From positions 1 to 33,342 of IMG/VR virus record IMGVR_UViG_3300045988_104900: a stretch of 33,342 nt of DNA; one strand, given 5' to 3'. The translations under genes and the position numbers were made by a program. The DNA comes from a virus. Below are positions 6,447-15,174 of this stretch, piece by piece; positions within the stretch are counted from its first letter, which is position 1, and each line of letters begins with the position of its first letter. A model generated the notes under the pieces. That model did no database searches. It was not told the DNA's origin and was given only the letters and a program-made list of their open reading frames with translations.

Positions 6447-6815
6447 ATGCAAAACGAAAAAATAAAGAAACAAGCAGAGCAAATAATGAGGATAGCAGAA
6501 GAAAACGGAGTACAGGGTAACTTCTTATTTACTACTACCTTCGATAGATACCTATTTTTACTGGATAACTTAGAAAATCTAAAAGAACAGATTAAAAAAG
6601 AAGGAATGACAGTAGAAAAGGAATATATCAAAGGAGAAAAGAACTCATATTCAAGCCCTAGTGTAAGGAGTTATAATTCTACGTGCGACTTAGCTAATAA
6701 GACTGTATCTACATTAATGAAAATTATTAAAAGTTTCAATGTAGAAGAAAATACAGACGAAGAAGACGAAGATCCACTACTAAAAGCTATTAATGGTAGT
6801 GGTGAATATGACTAA
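6447..6815 (+). CDS. terS: Terminase small subunit (P27 family-like)
   Basis: SD GAGGTGA. Position upstream of TerL. Pattern ...IKKEGMTVEKEYIKGEKNSYSSPSVRSY... as in P27-type TerS (recollection). Confidence 0.7.
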   Translation: MQNEKIKKQAEQIMRIAEENGVQGNFLFTTTFDRYLFLLDNLENLKEQIKKEGMTVEKEYIKGEKNSYSSPSVRSYNSTCDLANKTVSTLMKIIKSFNVEENTDEEDEDPLLKAINGSGEYD

Positions 6816-8487
6816 TAAAGCACTAGAGTATTGTAAAGTATCAGTAAAAGAAAAAACTACGCCTAAGTACGTAAAGTTACAGATGCAGGAGTTTATAAAC
6901 GTATGCGAAGATAAAGATAATAAATATAAGATCAGTAAAATAAAATTAAATCAGATAAACAATATTTTAAAGTTATTGATAATGCCTAAAGGACTAAAAG
7001 CAGGACAAACACTTTACGAGTGTACTGTAGGCTATCAATGGCTTTTTTATATAGCTATCTTATGTACCGTATATAGAGATAACCCTAAGAAGCGAAGATA
7101 CGAAATAGGAGTACTGGAGATATGCAGAAAGAACTTTAAAACTTTTACAATAGCAACTATCTTTATACTACTATTCTTAACAGAACCACGATTTAGTAAG
7201 TTCTTCAGTGTAGCACCTGACGGAGCTTTATCTAGAGAAGTAAGAGAAGCAATAAGCGAAATTATTAGAAGTTCGCCACTAATATACGAGTACAAAGATA
7301 CAAAAAGATTTAAGATATTAAGAGATTATATTTTATTTAAACCTAATCAGGTAACATATATACCGCTAAGTTATTCTACAAGTAGACTAGACGGTAGACT
7401 TCCTTCGGCTTTTATAGTAGACGAAGCAGGAGCTTTACCTAGTAGTTATGCTATAGAAAGTATGAAATCAGGACAATTAAATATACTAAATAAATTAGGC
7501 TTTATAATTAGTACTAAATATCCTACAATAGATAACCCATTCGAAGACGAGGTAAACTATTCTAAGAAAGTACTAGACGGACTAGAGAAGGACGAAACTA
7601 GATTTAGTTTATTATACGAGCCAGATAAAACTAAGAGCTGGGAAACGGACGATATGATATTAAAACAAAGTAACCCAGTAGCACTAGAGATACCTGAGAT
7701 CTGGGACGACTTAGTAAAGAAAAGAGCGTACGCTGTAGCCGTAGAAAGTGCTAGAGAAAACTTTGTAACTAAGCACTGTAACGTAGTATATCAGGGAACA
7801 GGTACAGAAACCTATATAGACGTAAAAGACGTACAGGAGTGTAGAAAAGCTAAAATAGACTGGAAGGGTAGAGTAGTATATGTAGGACTAGACTTATCAG
7901 AGAGTAACGATAATACTTCGGTAAGTATGGTAACAGTAGACGACGATAATAATATCCTAGCAGATAGTTTCGCATTCATACCAGAAGGAAGAATAGAAGA
8001 AAAGACAGTAACAGAGAAGGTAAACTATAGAGAATTAATCAGATCAGGAAAAGTAATAGCCTGCGGAGATAAAGTAATAGACTACGCAGTAGTAGAAGAC
8101 TTTATATTAAATCTAGAAAACAAATATGGAGTACAGATCCAAGCAATAGGATACGACCGCTGGAATGCACTTAGCACAGCTCAGAAGCTAGAAAGAGCAG
8201 GATATAATCTAGTAGAGATAAGACAGCATTCTAGTATATTACACCCACCTACAAAGTTACTAAAAGAAAAGATATTAGCAAAAGAGTTCGGATATGAAAA
8301 TAATACGTTATTAGAGATTAACTTCCAAAATGCAAGATGCAGTTACGATACAAATAAAAATATGTACGTACATAAAAAGAAGTCTACAGGAAAAGTCGAT
8401 ATGGTAGTATCAATGCTAAACGCAATATATCTACTACAACAAGACGTATTCTTAAATCAAATGGACTTCGCTATACAAGTTATATAG
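6793..8487 (+). CDS. terL: Terminase large subunit (Terminase_1 type)
   Basis: 564 aa. Walker-B-like AFIVDEAG. C-terminal nuclease region. The start could be ATG 6808. Confidence 0.9.
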   Translation: MVVVNMTNKALEYCKVSVKEKTTPKYVKLQMQEFINVCEDKDNKYKISKIKLNQINNILKLLIMPKGLKAGQTLYECTVGYQWLFYIAILCTVYRDNPKKRRYEIGVLEICRKNFKTFTIATIFILLFLTEPRFSKFFSVAPDGALSREVREAISEIIRSSPLIYEYKDTKRFKILRDYILFKPNQVTYIPLSYSTSRLDGRLPSAFIVDEAGALPSSYAIESMKSGQLNILNKLGFIISTKYPTIDNPFEDEVNYSKKVLDGLEKDETRFSLLYEPDKTKSWETDDMILKQSNPVALEIPEIWDDLVKKRAYAVAVESARENFVTKHCNVVYQGTGTETYIDVKDVQECRKAKIDWKGRVVYVGLDLSESNDNTSVSMVTVDDDNNILADSFAFIPEGRIEEKTVTEKVNYRELIRSGKVIACGDKVIDYAVVEDFILNLENKYGVQIQAIGYDRWNALSTAQKLERAGYNLVEIRQHSSILHPPTKLLKEKILAKEFGYENNTLLEINFQNARCSYDTNKNMYVHKKKSTGKVDMVVSMLNAIYLLQQDVFLNQMDFAIQVI

Positions 8488-8502
8488 TAAGGAGGTGAAA
8501 AA

Positions 8503-9840
8503 ATGGGAGTATTCGATAGATTTAGAAAGAGAGATACAGAGGAAACAACTACTACAACTACGACAACAGCTACACCAGAAGAAAAAATTCCTAACGATAT
8601 ATTATTACAAGCATTATTTAATAATGAAGTAATAACTAGAGAACAAGTTTTAACACTACCAGCAGTATCAGGAGCAGTAGACTTAATAAGTGGAATGATA
8701 GCATCAATGCCAATAAAACTTTATAAGTATAAAGACGGAAAAGTAGAAAGCAAGGACGACGATCCGAGAGTAACACTACTAAATGGAGATACTGGAGATA
8801 CGCTAGACGCTTATCAAATGAAAAAAGCAATGGTAGAAGACTATTTATTAGGAAAAGGTGGATACAGTTATATTAGAAGAAATAGAAATAATGTAACAGG
8901 CCTATTCTATGTAAAAGATATATTCGTAAGTGCTATACCTAACTTTAAACCAATATATAAAGACTTTTATATTTTAGTAGAAGGTGAAACTTATCAAAAA
9001 TACGAGTTTATCAAACTACTTCGTAATACAAAAGACGGAGCTACAGGAATAGGGCTAACAGAAGAAGTAGGAACAGCCTTAGAAACAGCTTTTAATACAT
9101 TACTATATCAATTAAATATAGTTAAGTCTGGAGGAAATAAAAAAGGTTTCTTAAAATCACAAAGAAAACTAGGACAAGACGAAATAAACGTATTAAAGCA
9201 AGCATGGAATAACTTATATGGAAATAGTACAGAAAACGTAGTAGTTTTAAATAATGGGCTAGAGTTTCAAGAAGCTAGTAATAGTTCGGTAGAAATGCAA
9301 TTAAACGAAAGTAAAAAGACTTTACAGGACGAAATAAATAATATATTTCATATATACCCTAACGACTTCTATAGAACATTTAAAGAGGGAATATATCCAA
9401 TAGTAAAAGCATTTACTACAGCATTAAATAAAGATTTATTACTAGAAAAAGAAAAAAATAAAATGTTTTTTGAGTTCGACGTTAAGGAGATTATAAAAGC
9501 TAACCCTAAAGAACAAGCAGAAATATATAAATTATATAAAGAAGTGGGAATGCTTACTATAAACGAATTAAGAAGAATGGATAATAGAAATCAAATAGAA
9601 GGAATGGACGTATTAAACGTAGGACTAGGAGCAGTACTATACGATACTAATACGCATAAATTCTATACACCTAATACAGATACTACAGCTAATATTACAG
9701 ACACACCAGAAGAAACACCTTTAGAAGACGAGCCAATAAGTGCAATATCAGAAGATGCAGAAGCACAGATACAAAAACTTTTAGAAGATAAAGTACTAGA
9801 TACTGAGTTCGAACAAAGCGGAAACAGTTCAGATGCATAA
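8503..9840 (+). CDS. Portal protein (HK97 family)
   Basis: 445 aa. SD AAGGAGGTGA. LPAVSGAVDLISGMIASMPIKLYK is portal-like. Position after TerL. Confidence 0.85.
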   Translation: MGVFDRFRKRDTEETTTTTTTTATPEEKIPNDILLQALFNNEVITREQVLTLPAVSGAVDLISGMIASMPIKLYKYKDGKVESKDDDPRVTLLNGDTGDTLDAYQMKKAMVEDYLLGKGGYSYIRRNRNNVTGLFYVKDIFVSAIPNFKPIYKDFYILVEGETYQKYEFIKLLRNTKDGATGIGLTEEVGTALETAFNTLLYQLNIVKSGGNKKGFLKSQRKLGQDEINVLKQAWNNLYGNSTENVVVLNNGLEFQEASNSSVEMQLNESKKTLQDEINNIFHIYPNDFYRTFKEGIYPIVKAFTTALNKDLLLEKEKNKMFFEFDVKEIIKANPKEQAEIYKLYKEVGMLTINELRRMDNRNQIEGMDVLNVGLGAVLYDTNTHKFYTPNTDTTANITDTPEETPLEDEPISAISEDAEAQIQKLLEDKVLDTEFEQSGNSSDA

Positions 9841-9851
9841 AGGAGGAGTAA

Positions 9852-10403
9852 ATGTATACAGTTTATATGCATATTACACCTAATAACAAAAGATATATAG
9901 GTATAACAAAGCAAAAACCTAAACAAAGGTGGAATAGTGGTTATGGTTATATTCAAAATAAATATTTTTTTAGTGCCATTTTAAAATATGGCTGGAATAA
10001 CATAGAACACAAAGTTTTATTTACTAATTTATCAAAAGAAGAAGCAGAAGCAAAAGAAGTAGAACTTATTTCTTTTTATAAAAGTAATAATAGAAATTAT
10101 GGATATAACATAGAAAAAGGCGGACACGTAAATAGAGGTTTTCCAGCGTGGAACAAAGGGAAAAAAACACCTTTAGAAACAAGAGAAAAGCAAAAACAAG
10201 CGAAAATAGGAAAATATACAGGTGCTAAACATTGGAACTCTAAAAAAGTTGTTAATTTAGAAACTGGTAAGATTTATAATTCGTTTGGAGAAATTGCTAG
10301 AGAATTAAATATTAAAAATGGAAGTCATATAGTAGAAGTATGCAAAGGCAAAAAGCCAAGTGCATACGGTTATCATTGGGCTTATGTAAAGGAGGTGATA
10401 TAA
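9852..10403 (+). CDS. GIY-YIG homing endonuclease (I-TevI-like)
   Basis: YTVYMHITPNNKRYIGIT...YGYNIEKGG (GIY-YIG core), NUMOD3-like WNKGKK, C-terminal YGYHWAY. Inserted between portal and protease. Confidence 0.85.
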   Translation: MYTVYMHITPNNKRYIGITKQKPKQRWNSGYGYIQNKYFFSAILKYGWNNIEHKVLFTNLSKEEAEAKEVELISFYKSNNRNYGYNIEKGGHVNRGFPAWNKGKKTPLETREKQKQAKIGKYTGAKHWNSKKVVNLETGKIYNSFGEIARELNIKNGSHIVEVCKGKKPSAYGYHWAYVKEVI

Positions 10404-11099
10404 ATGTTAGTTAGAGTAAAAGAAGATAAAGTAGAAATCTCTGGCTATGTCTGAGTAAACGCTATAGAGCGTGATAGTAAGCCACTATGGAGTAGAGTAG
10501 GACAATTCATAGAAAGAATATGTAAGGGAGCATTTAAAAAAGCACTAAAAAGAAATGACGACGTACATATCCTACTTAACCACGACTGGAGTAGAGATCT
10601 AGGAAGTACTAAAAAAGGAAACTTAGAACTAGAGGAAGATAATATAGGACTAAAAGTAAGAGCCTGTATTACTGATCCAGAAGTAGTTAAAAAAGCCCGT
10701 AGCGGAGATCTAGTAGGCTGGAGTTTCGGTTTCTCAGATAGAGACGTAGTAAATTCTATAAGAGACGGAATGCCACACAGAGCAGTCAAAGACTTAGACT
10801 TAGCCGAAGTATCCATACTAGATAGAACTAAGTCACCAGCCTATGAAGGAACTTTAATAAGTGCAAGATCAGAAGACGATATAATGCATTTTAGAGGAGA
10901 AGACTTTATAGACGAAGTAAAAGTAAAAGAAGAAGAACAGCCAGAAGAAACACCAGAAAAAGAAGTATCTACAGAAGATACAGAGGTACGAGAAGAAGTA
11001 CCAGAGGACGTAGAGCCTAAGCAACAAGAAATTGTTGATAAAAATATAGATTATTCTAAATATGAAGAAATCATAAAAGAAATGAAGGAGGAAAAATAA
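10404..11099 (+). CDS. Prohead (maturation) protease, HK97/S78 family, interrupted by an in-frame TGA at 10452-10454
   Basis: ATG 8 nt after GGAGG (10391-10395). VEISGYV-TGA-VNAIERD... stays in one frame. LLNHD (His codon 10581), GWSFGF (Ser codon 10722), LAEVSIL. No canonical start in frame between 10455 and 10769. Confidence 0.8.
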
Positions 11100-11101
11100 T
11101 T

Positions 11102-12247
11102 ATGGAAAAAGAATTAAACGAAAAGAAGAATGATCTTATTACTAGAGCTGAGGAAGTTCTAAATAAGGCTAAAGAAGAAAAAAGAGAATTAACAGAAGCA
11201 GAAGCAGAAGAATTAGCAGAAATCAGAGATAATGTAAGACGCATTATTAAAACATTAGGTATCAAAGAAGACTTTGATAAAATGGAAGGAGGAAAGCCAG
11301 TGGAAGAAGTAAAAGAAGTAGAAATCGAAAAAGAAGAAAGAGCAGAAGACGAAGAAAAAGCATTCGCTAGTTATATCAGAGGAGTAGTAACTAACGAAAG
11401 AGCTACTAATATGACTTTAACAGATAATGGAGCAGTTATTCCAACTACAATAGCTAATCGTATTATCAAAAAAGTTTATGATATTTCACCAATTTTAGAA
11501 AGATCAACTAAATATAACGTAAAAGGAAAATTAGAATTACCATACTATGACGAAAGCACACAAGCTATTACAGTAGCATTCGCTACAGAGTTCCAAGAAC
11601 TAGAAAGTAATATCGGTAAATTAGATAGTATCGAATTAACAGGATACTTAGCAGGAGCTTTATCTTTAATATCTAGATCTTTAATTAATAATTCACAATT
11701 CGATATTGTAGCATTCGTAGTAGACGTAATGGCTTATGATATTTCAAGATTTATCGAAGATACATTATTAAATGGTAAAGGATCAGTAACAGGTTTATCA
11801 GATTTAACTAACGTTAAAACTACAGCAAGTGCTACAACTATTACAGCTGACGAATTAATCTTAGCTCAAGGACAAGTAAAAGACGTTTATCAAAATAATG
11901 CTATCTGGATCATGTCACCAGCTACAAGAGATGCTATCCGTAGTTTAAAAGACGGAATGGAAAGATATCTATTACAAGACGATATTTCATTACCATTCGG
12001 AAAAAGCTTATTAGGAAAACCAGTTTATGTATCTGATAATATGCCAGATATGGAAGCAGGAAAAACAGCAATTTACTATGGAGATATGTCAGGTTTAGCT
12101 ACTAAATTCTCAGAAGATTTAAGTATCCAAGTATTAAGAGAAAAATACGCTACTATGCACGCAGTAGGAGTAGTAGGCTGGATCGAATTCGATAGTAAAG
12201 TAGAAAACGCTCAAAAAATCGTAGCAGTTCAAATGAAATCAGCATAA
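11102..12247 (+). CDS. Major capsid protein (HK97 family) with N-terminal coiled-coil delta domain
   Basis: 381 aa. Follows the protease. Sequence pattern typical of the Phage_capsid family. Confidence 0.9.
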   Translation: MEKELNEKKNDLITRAEEVLNKAKEEKRELTEAEAEELAEIRDNVRRIIKTLGIKEDFDKMEGGKPVEEVKEVEIEKEERAEDEEKAFASYIRGVVTNERATNMTLTDNGAVIPTTIANRIIKKVYDISPILERSTKYNVKGKLELPYYDESTQAITVAFATEFQELESNIGKLDSIELTGYLAGALSLISRSLINNSQFDIVAFVVDVMAYDISRFIEDTLLNGKGSVTGLSDLTNVKTTASATTITADELILAQGQVKDVYQNNAIWIMSPATRDAIRSLKDGMERYLLQDDISLPFGKSLLGKPVYVSDNMPDMEAGKTAIYYGDMSGLATKFSEDLSIQVLREKYATMHAVGVVGWIEFDSKVENAQKIVAVQMKSA

Positions 12248-12259
12248 GAGGTGAATTAA

Positions 12260-12436
12260 ATGTATAAAGCGTTAAAATCATTCGCTGGTAAAGTTTCAAT
12301 GAGAAAAGGTGAAGTAAAAGAAATTAACGATAAAGAAATCGTAAAAGATTTACTAAACGCTGGATACATTGAAGAAGTAAAGCCAGCAAAAAAAGAAAAA
12401 AAAGTACAAGAAGTACAAGAAGAATTAGAAGATTAA
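12260..12436 (+). CDS. Hypothetical 58-aa protein downstream of the capsid gene
   Basis: ATG 12260 after AGAGGTGA. MYKALKSFAGKVSMRKGEVKEINDKEIVKDLLNAGYIEEV.... Below the track cutoff. Confidence 0.55.
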   Translation: MYKALKSFAGKVSMRKGEVKEINDKEIVKDLLNAGYIEEVKPAKKEKKVQEVQEELED

Positions 12437-12484
12437 AAAATATTATTTGTTGCTTAGGTAACTCCAAAAAGAAGGAGGTAGAAA

Positions 12485-12781
12485 ATGAATAGTATTTCAA
12501 AAGTAAGTGATATAACTACAGACGATATAGCAGAATATATCAGGATAGTAGATTATACACAAGAAGACGAAAATACACTATCTAATTTATTAGAAATTGC
12601 TAAAACTTTTATATCAAATTATACAGGGCAAACAAACCTAGATCAGTTTCAAGACTTCGTAATAGTTGCACTAATACTATGTCAGGATATGTGGGATAAC
12701 AGGACGCTATATGTAGATAAAGCGTCTTTATCCTATCCAGTAGAAACAATTCTAGGAATGCATAGTATTAATTTACTATGA
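12485..12781 (+). CDS. Head-tail connector (gp6-like)
   Basis: ITTDDIAEYIRIVDYTQEDENTLSNLLEIAKTFISNYTGQ resembles Phage_connect_1. Ends TGA then 3 codons then TAA. Confidence 0.7.
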   Translation: MNSISKVSDITTDDIAEYIRIVDYTQEDENTLSNLLEIAKTFISNYTGQTNLDQFQDFVIVALILCQDMWDNRTLYVDKASLSYPVETILGMHSINLL

Positions 12782-13140
12782 GTAAGCCAGTAAACGCAGG
12801 CAAGTATAATCGTAAAATAGTTATATATGAAATAGTGGAGGGTATAGACAGTGCAGGCTTCCCAGCACCAATAGAAAAAGATATACTTACTACTTATGCA
12901 GAAGTAAAAACTTTACGAGGCTATACCCTAATTACTAATAATAGTGACTTTGACAAAGCATACGTAAACTTTACTATTAGATATTCGAGTACAGTAGAAG
13001 AAACATACTACAATAGCAATAATTCAAATAGAGATATTTTAATTAAGTTTAGAGGTAAAGACTATAAGATAGAATACCTAAATAATTTAGACTTTGCTAA
13101 CGTAGAACTAGAACTACAAGCTAAGGAGGTAACTCATTAA
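12778..13140 (+). CDS. Head closure / head-tail joining protein
   Basis: Synteny, ATGA overlap, and SPP1 gp16-like size and pattern. Confidence 0.6.
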   Translation: MSKPVNAGKYNRKIVIYEIVEGIDSAGFPAPIEKDILTTYAEVKTLRGYTLITNNSDFDKAYVNFTIRYSSTVEETYYNSNNSNRDILIKFRGKDYKIEYLNNLDFANVELELQAKEVTH

Positions 13141-13562
13141 TGGCTAAGTTCGTGATGCAACTACCTACAGAGATATTAAAAGATATAGAATACATTAATG
13201 GCAATAGTGATAAGATATTCGGAGAAATGACACAAGCAGGAGCAGAAGTTACATTAAACAATATCAGAGCAAATATTCCTAAAGGCTTTGCTGATAGTAA
13301 TATAATGAATTGCTTAAAAGTAACTAGAGTATATAAAACTCCTACAGATCAGGGAATAAATACGAAAGTAGGCTTTTTCGGATATTTTATAAATAAGAAT
13401 GGAGTATCAACTCCAGCGCCACTAGTAGCTAATATATTCGAGTACGGATCAAGTAAGTTTACTAAACAGCCTTTTTTTAGAAGATCTTTTAGAAAGGCAC
13501 AAATAGAAAAAGCTATGTTAGAAGCACAAAAAAGATATAGTAAAGGGCTATTAAATGAATAA
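13140..13562 (+). CDS. HK97 gp10-family neck protein
   Basis: FEYGSSKFTKQPFFRRSF-type C-terminal motif, and synteny. Confidence 0.6.
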   Translation: MAKFVMQLPTEILKDIEYINGNSDKIFGEMTQAGAEVTLNNIRANIPKGFADSNIMNCLKVTRVYKTPTDQGINTKVGFFGYFINKNGVSTPAPLVANIFEYGSSKFTKQPFFRRSFRKAQIEKAMLEAQKRYSKGLLNE

Positions 13563-13911
13563 CGAACTGCAAACAATATTCGCAAACTTCACAGTAGAAG
13601 GAAAAAGTATTCCAGTATCTTTTTTAAGATATACTGGTAAAAGTTCGACCTACATTACTTATCAGGAAATACAGGACGATACTTCTTTTAGTGCAGACGA
13701 CGATCTACAAGCCTACGTAACTTACTATGACTTTGATATATATAGTAAAAGTAATTATCTAAATATAATAGAAAGTGTAAAAGAAATATTAAAAGCTAAC
13801 GACTGGAGATATCAACCTAGTATGACTTCGCAAGACTTATACGAAGACGATACAGGCTATTATCATAAGACGTTATGCTTCGCAAAAATAAAGGAGGAGA
13901 ACAATGGCTAA
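13555..13911 (+). CDS. Putative tail completion/terminator protein
   Basis: Position only (between the neck protein and the major tail protein). Confidence 0.4.
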   Translation: MNNELQTIFANFTVEGKSIPVSFLRYTGKSSTYITYQEIQDDTSFSADDDLQAYVTYYDFDIYSKSNYLNIIESVKEILKANDWRYQPSMTSQDLYEDDTGYYHKTLCFAKIKEENNG

Positions 13912-14464
13912 AATAGGAGTACAAAACTTTTTATATGGAATACTTACAGAAGCATCAGACGGAACAGCTACATACGGAGCAGGCTTAAAGCCAGGTAAAG
14001 CTGTTAGCTGTAACGTAAGTATTTCAAGTAATGATGCTAAATTATACGCAGACGACGGACTAGCAGAAAGCGATACAAGTTTCCAAAGTGGAACAGTAAC
14101 AATGGAATTAGATAACGCAGATATGACTACACAAGCTACATTATTAGGACACACTATTTCAGGAGAAGAAATGATAAGAAATGCTAACGACGTAGCACCT
14201 TATGTAGCACTAGGACGTATCGTAACTAAAATGGTAGACGGAGCTTATAAATACAAAGTAGAGTTTTTAAACAAAGTAAAATTCTCAGAGCCAAGCCAAG
14301 AAAATACAACTAAAGGAGAAAGCGTAGAGTTCGGAACTACTACAATAGAAGGTATCGTATCTACACTAGCTAACGGAAACTGGAGCAAAACTCAAACATT
14401 CGATACAATAACAGAAGCAAGAACTTACTTAAATGGTTTATTCGGATCAGCTCCAAGCCACTAA
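13904..14464 (+). CDS. Major tail protein (phi13-family-like)
   Basis: MAKIGVQNFLYGILTE...KLYADDGLAE... pattern. Followed by a strong terminator and the chaperone genes. Confidence 0.75.
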   Translation: MAKIGVQNFLYGILTEASDGTATYGAGLKPGKAVSCNVSISSNDAKLYADDGLAESDTSFQSGTVTMELDNADMTTQATLLGHTISGEEMIRNANDVAPYVALGRIVTKMVDGAYKYKVEFLNKVKFSEPSQENTTKGESVEFGTTTIEGIVSTLANGNWSKTQTFDTITEARTYLNGLFGSAPSH

Positions 14465-14470
14465 TAACAG

Positions 14471-14498
14471 GGTAGGTACATAAACCTACCTTTTTTTT
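14471..14498 (+). terminator. Rho-independent terminator after the major tail gene
   Basis: ggtaggt-acataa-acctacc followed by T8 (14491-14498). Confidence 0.75.
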
Positions 14499-14520
14499 AA
14501 TATATAGGAGGTAAAATGAA

Positions 14521-14871
14521 ATGAAAGATAATGCAGGAAAAGTAATATATAAAGAAAAAGAATATAAAGTAGTATTTAATTTAAACGTAATGGAAGCTAT
14601 CCAAGAAGAATACGGAACACTAGATAAGTGGACGGAATTAACTTCAGGAGCTAATCAAGAAGTAAACGTAAAAGCGTTAAAGTTCGGATATACTAAGATG
14701 CTAAACGAAGGACTAGAAATAGAAGCAGAAGAAAAAGGCGAAGAATATAAGCCAGTAACTCCAGCCTTCGTAGGTAGAATGCTTACAGATATCGGACTAG
14801 AAAATATGACAAAAACATTACAAGATACAGTAATCGAAAGTACAAAGACAGACGAAGGAAAAAACGCATAA
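14521..14871 (+). CDS. Tail assembly chaperone (G-like)
   Basis: Position between the major tail protein and TMP. Slippery heptamer near the 3' end. Confidence 0.75.
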   Translation: MKDNAGKVIYKEKEYKVVFNLNVMEAIQEEYGTLDKWTELTSGANQEVNVKALKFGYTKMLNEGLEIEAEEKGEEYKPVTPAFVGRMLTDIGLENMTKTLQDTVIESTKTDEGKNA

Positions 14872-15110
14872 TTCCTGATATAATCGAAGGAGAAGAAAGT
14901 AAGCCTATAGACTTTACTTTCTTTTATTATATCGGGAAAACTAAACTAAATTTATCATTTAAAGAAACTGGAAAACTAACATATAGACTATTTAGTAAAC
15001 TATATCAGCATTATAAAGATAACTTCGATTTAGAATTACAAATGAAAATAAAAAATGTAACATATGGAGAACTATATAATAGACAACAAGAAGCGGACGA
15101 ATGGTTTTAA
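14521..15110 (+). CDS. Tail assembly chaperone -1 frameshift fusion product (GT-like)
   Basis: After a slip at A_AAA_AAC (14859-14865) the -1 frame is open for 81 codons (KKRIIPDIIEGEESKPIDF...EADEWF) to TAA 15108-15110, checked codon by codon. Confidence 0.7.
14859..14865 (+). promoter_or_regulatory. Programmed -1 ribosomal frameshift slippery site A_AAA_AAC
   Basis: X_XXY_YYZ heptamer in the zero frame (gg-a aaa aac), 2 codons before the G stop. Confidence 0.7.
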
Positions 15111-15125
15111 GTTTCAAAAAGAAAA
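15111..15125 (+). repeat. Intergenic motif copy GTTTCAAAAAGAAAA
   Basis: Exact 15-mer starting the base after the GT stop codon. Confidence 0.6.
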
Positions 15126-15139
15126 TAAATAATAAAAAA

Positions 15140-15157
15140 ATGTTCCACGTGGAACAT
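15140..15157. promoter_or_regulatory. Perfect 18-bp palindrome ATGTTCCACGTGGAACAT upstream of the tape-measure gene
   Basis: Self-complementary by inspection. Preceded by A7, so on the - strand it reads as a hairpin plus T7. Confidence 0.4.
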
Positions 15158-15174
15158 AGAAAGGACGGTGAAAT

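Noticed and set aside
10452-10475. Selenocysteine insertion at the protease TGA
   Set aside because: Only a 4-bp stem (cgct/agcg, 10460-71) follows the codon, so there is no convincing SECIS-like hairpin. A redox residue at this structural position of an S78 protease makes no sense.
10445-10816. 123-aa ORF on the - strand covering the 5' half of the protease region
   Set aside because: It is the antisense shadow of the + strand frame that encodes the conserved protease motifs (LLNHD, GWSFGF). It has no SD and a low-complexity Ser/Leu-rich sequence. It appears as the longest ORF here only because the + frame is broken by the TGA.
12292-12311. gtttcaatgagaaaaggtga, near-identical to the motif copy at 32101 (gtttcaaagagaaaaggaga)
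   Set aside because: It lies inside a plausible coding sequence (KVSMRKGE) rather than in an intergenic position, and it deviates in the A-run. It is not counted as a motif copy.
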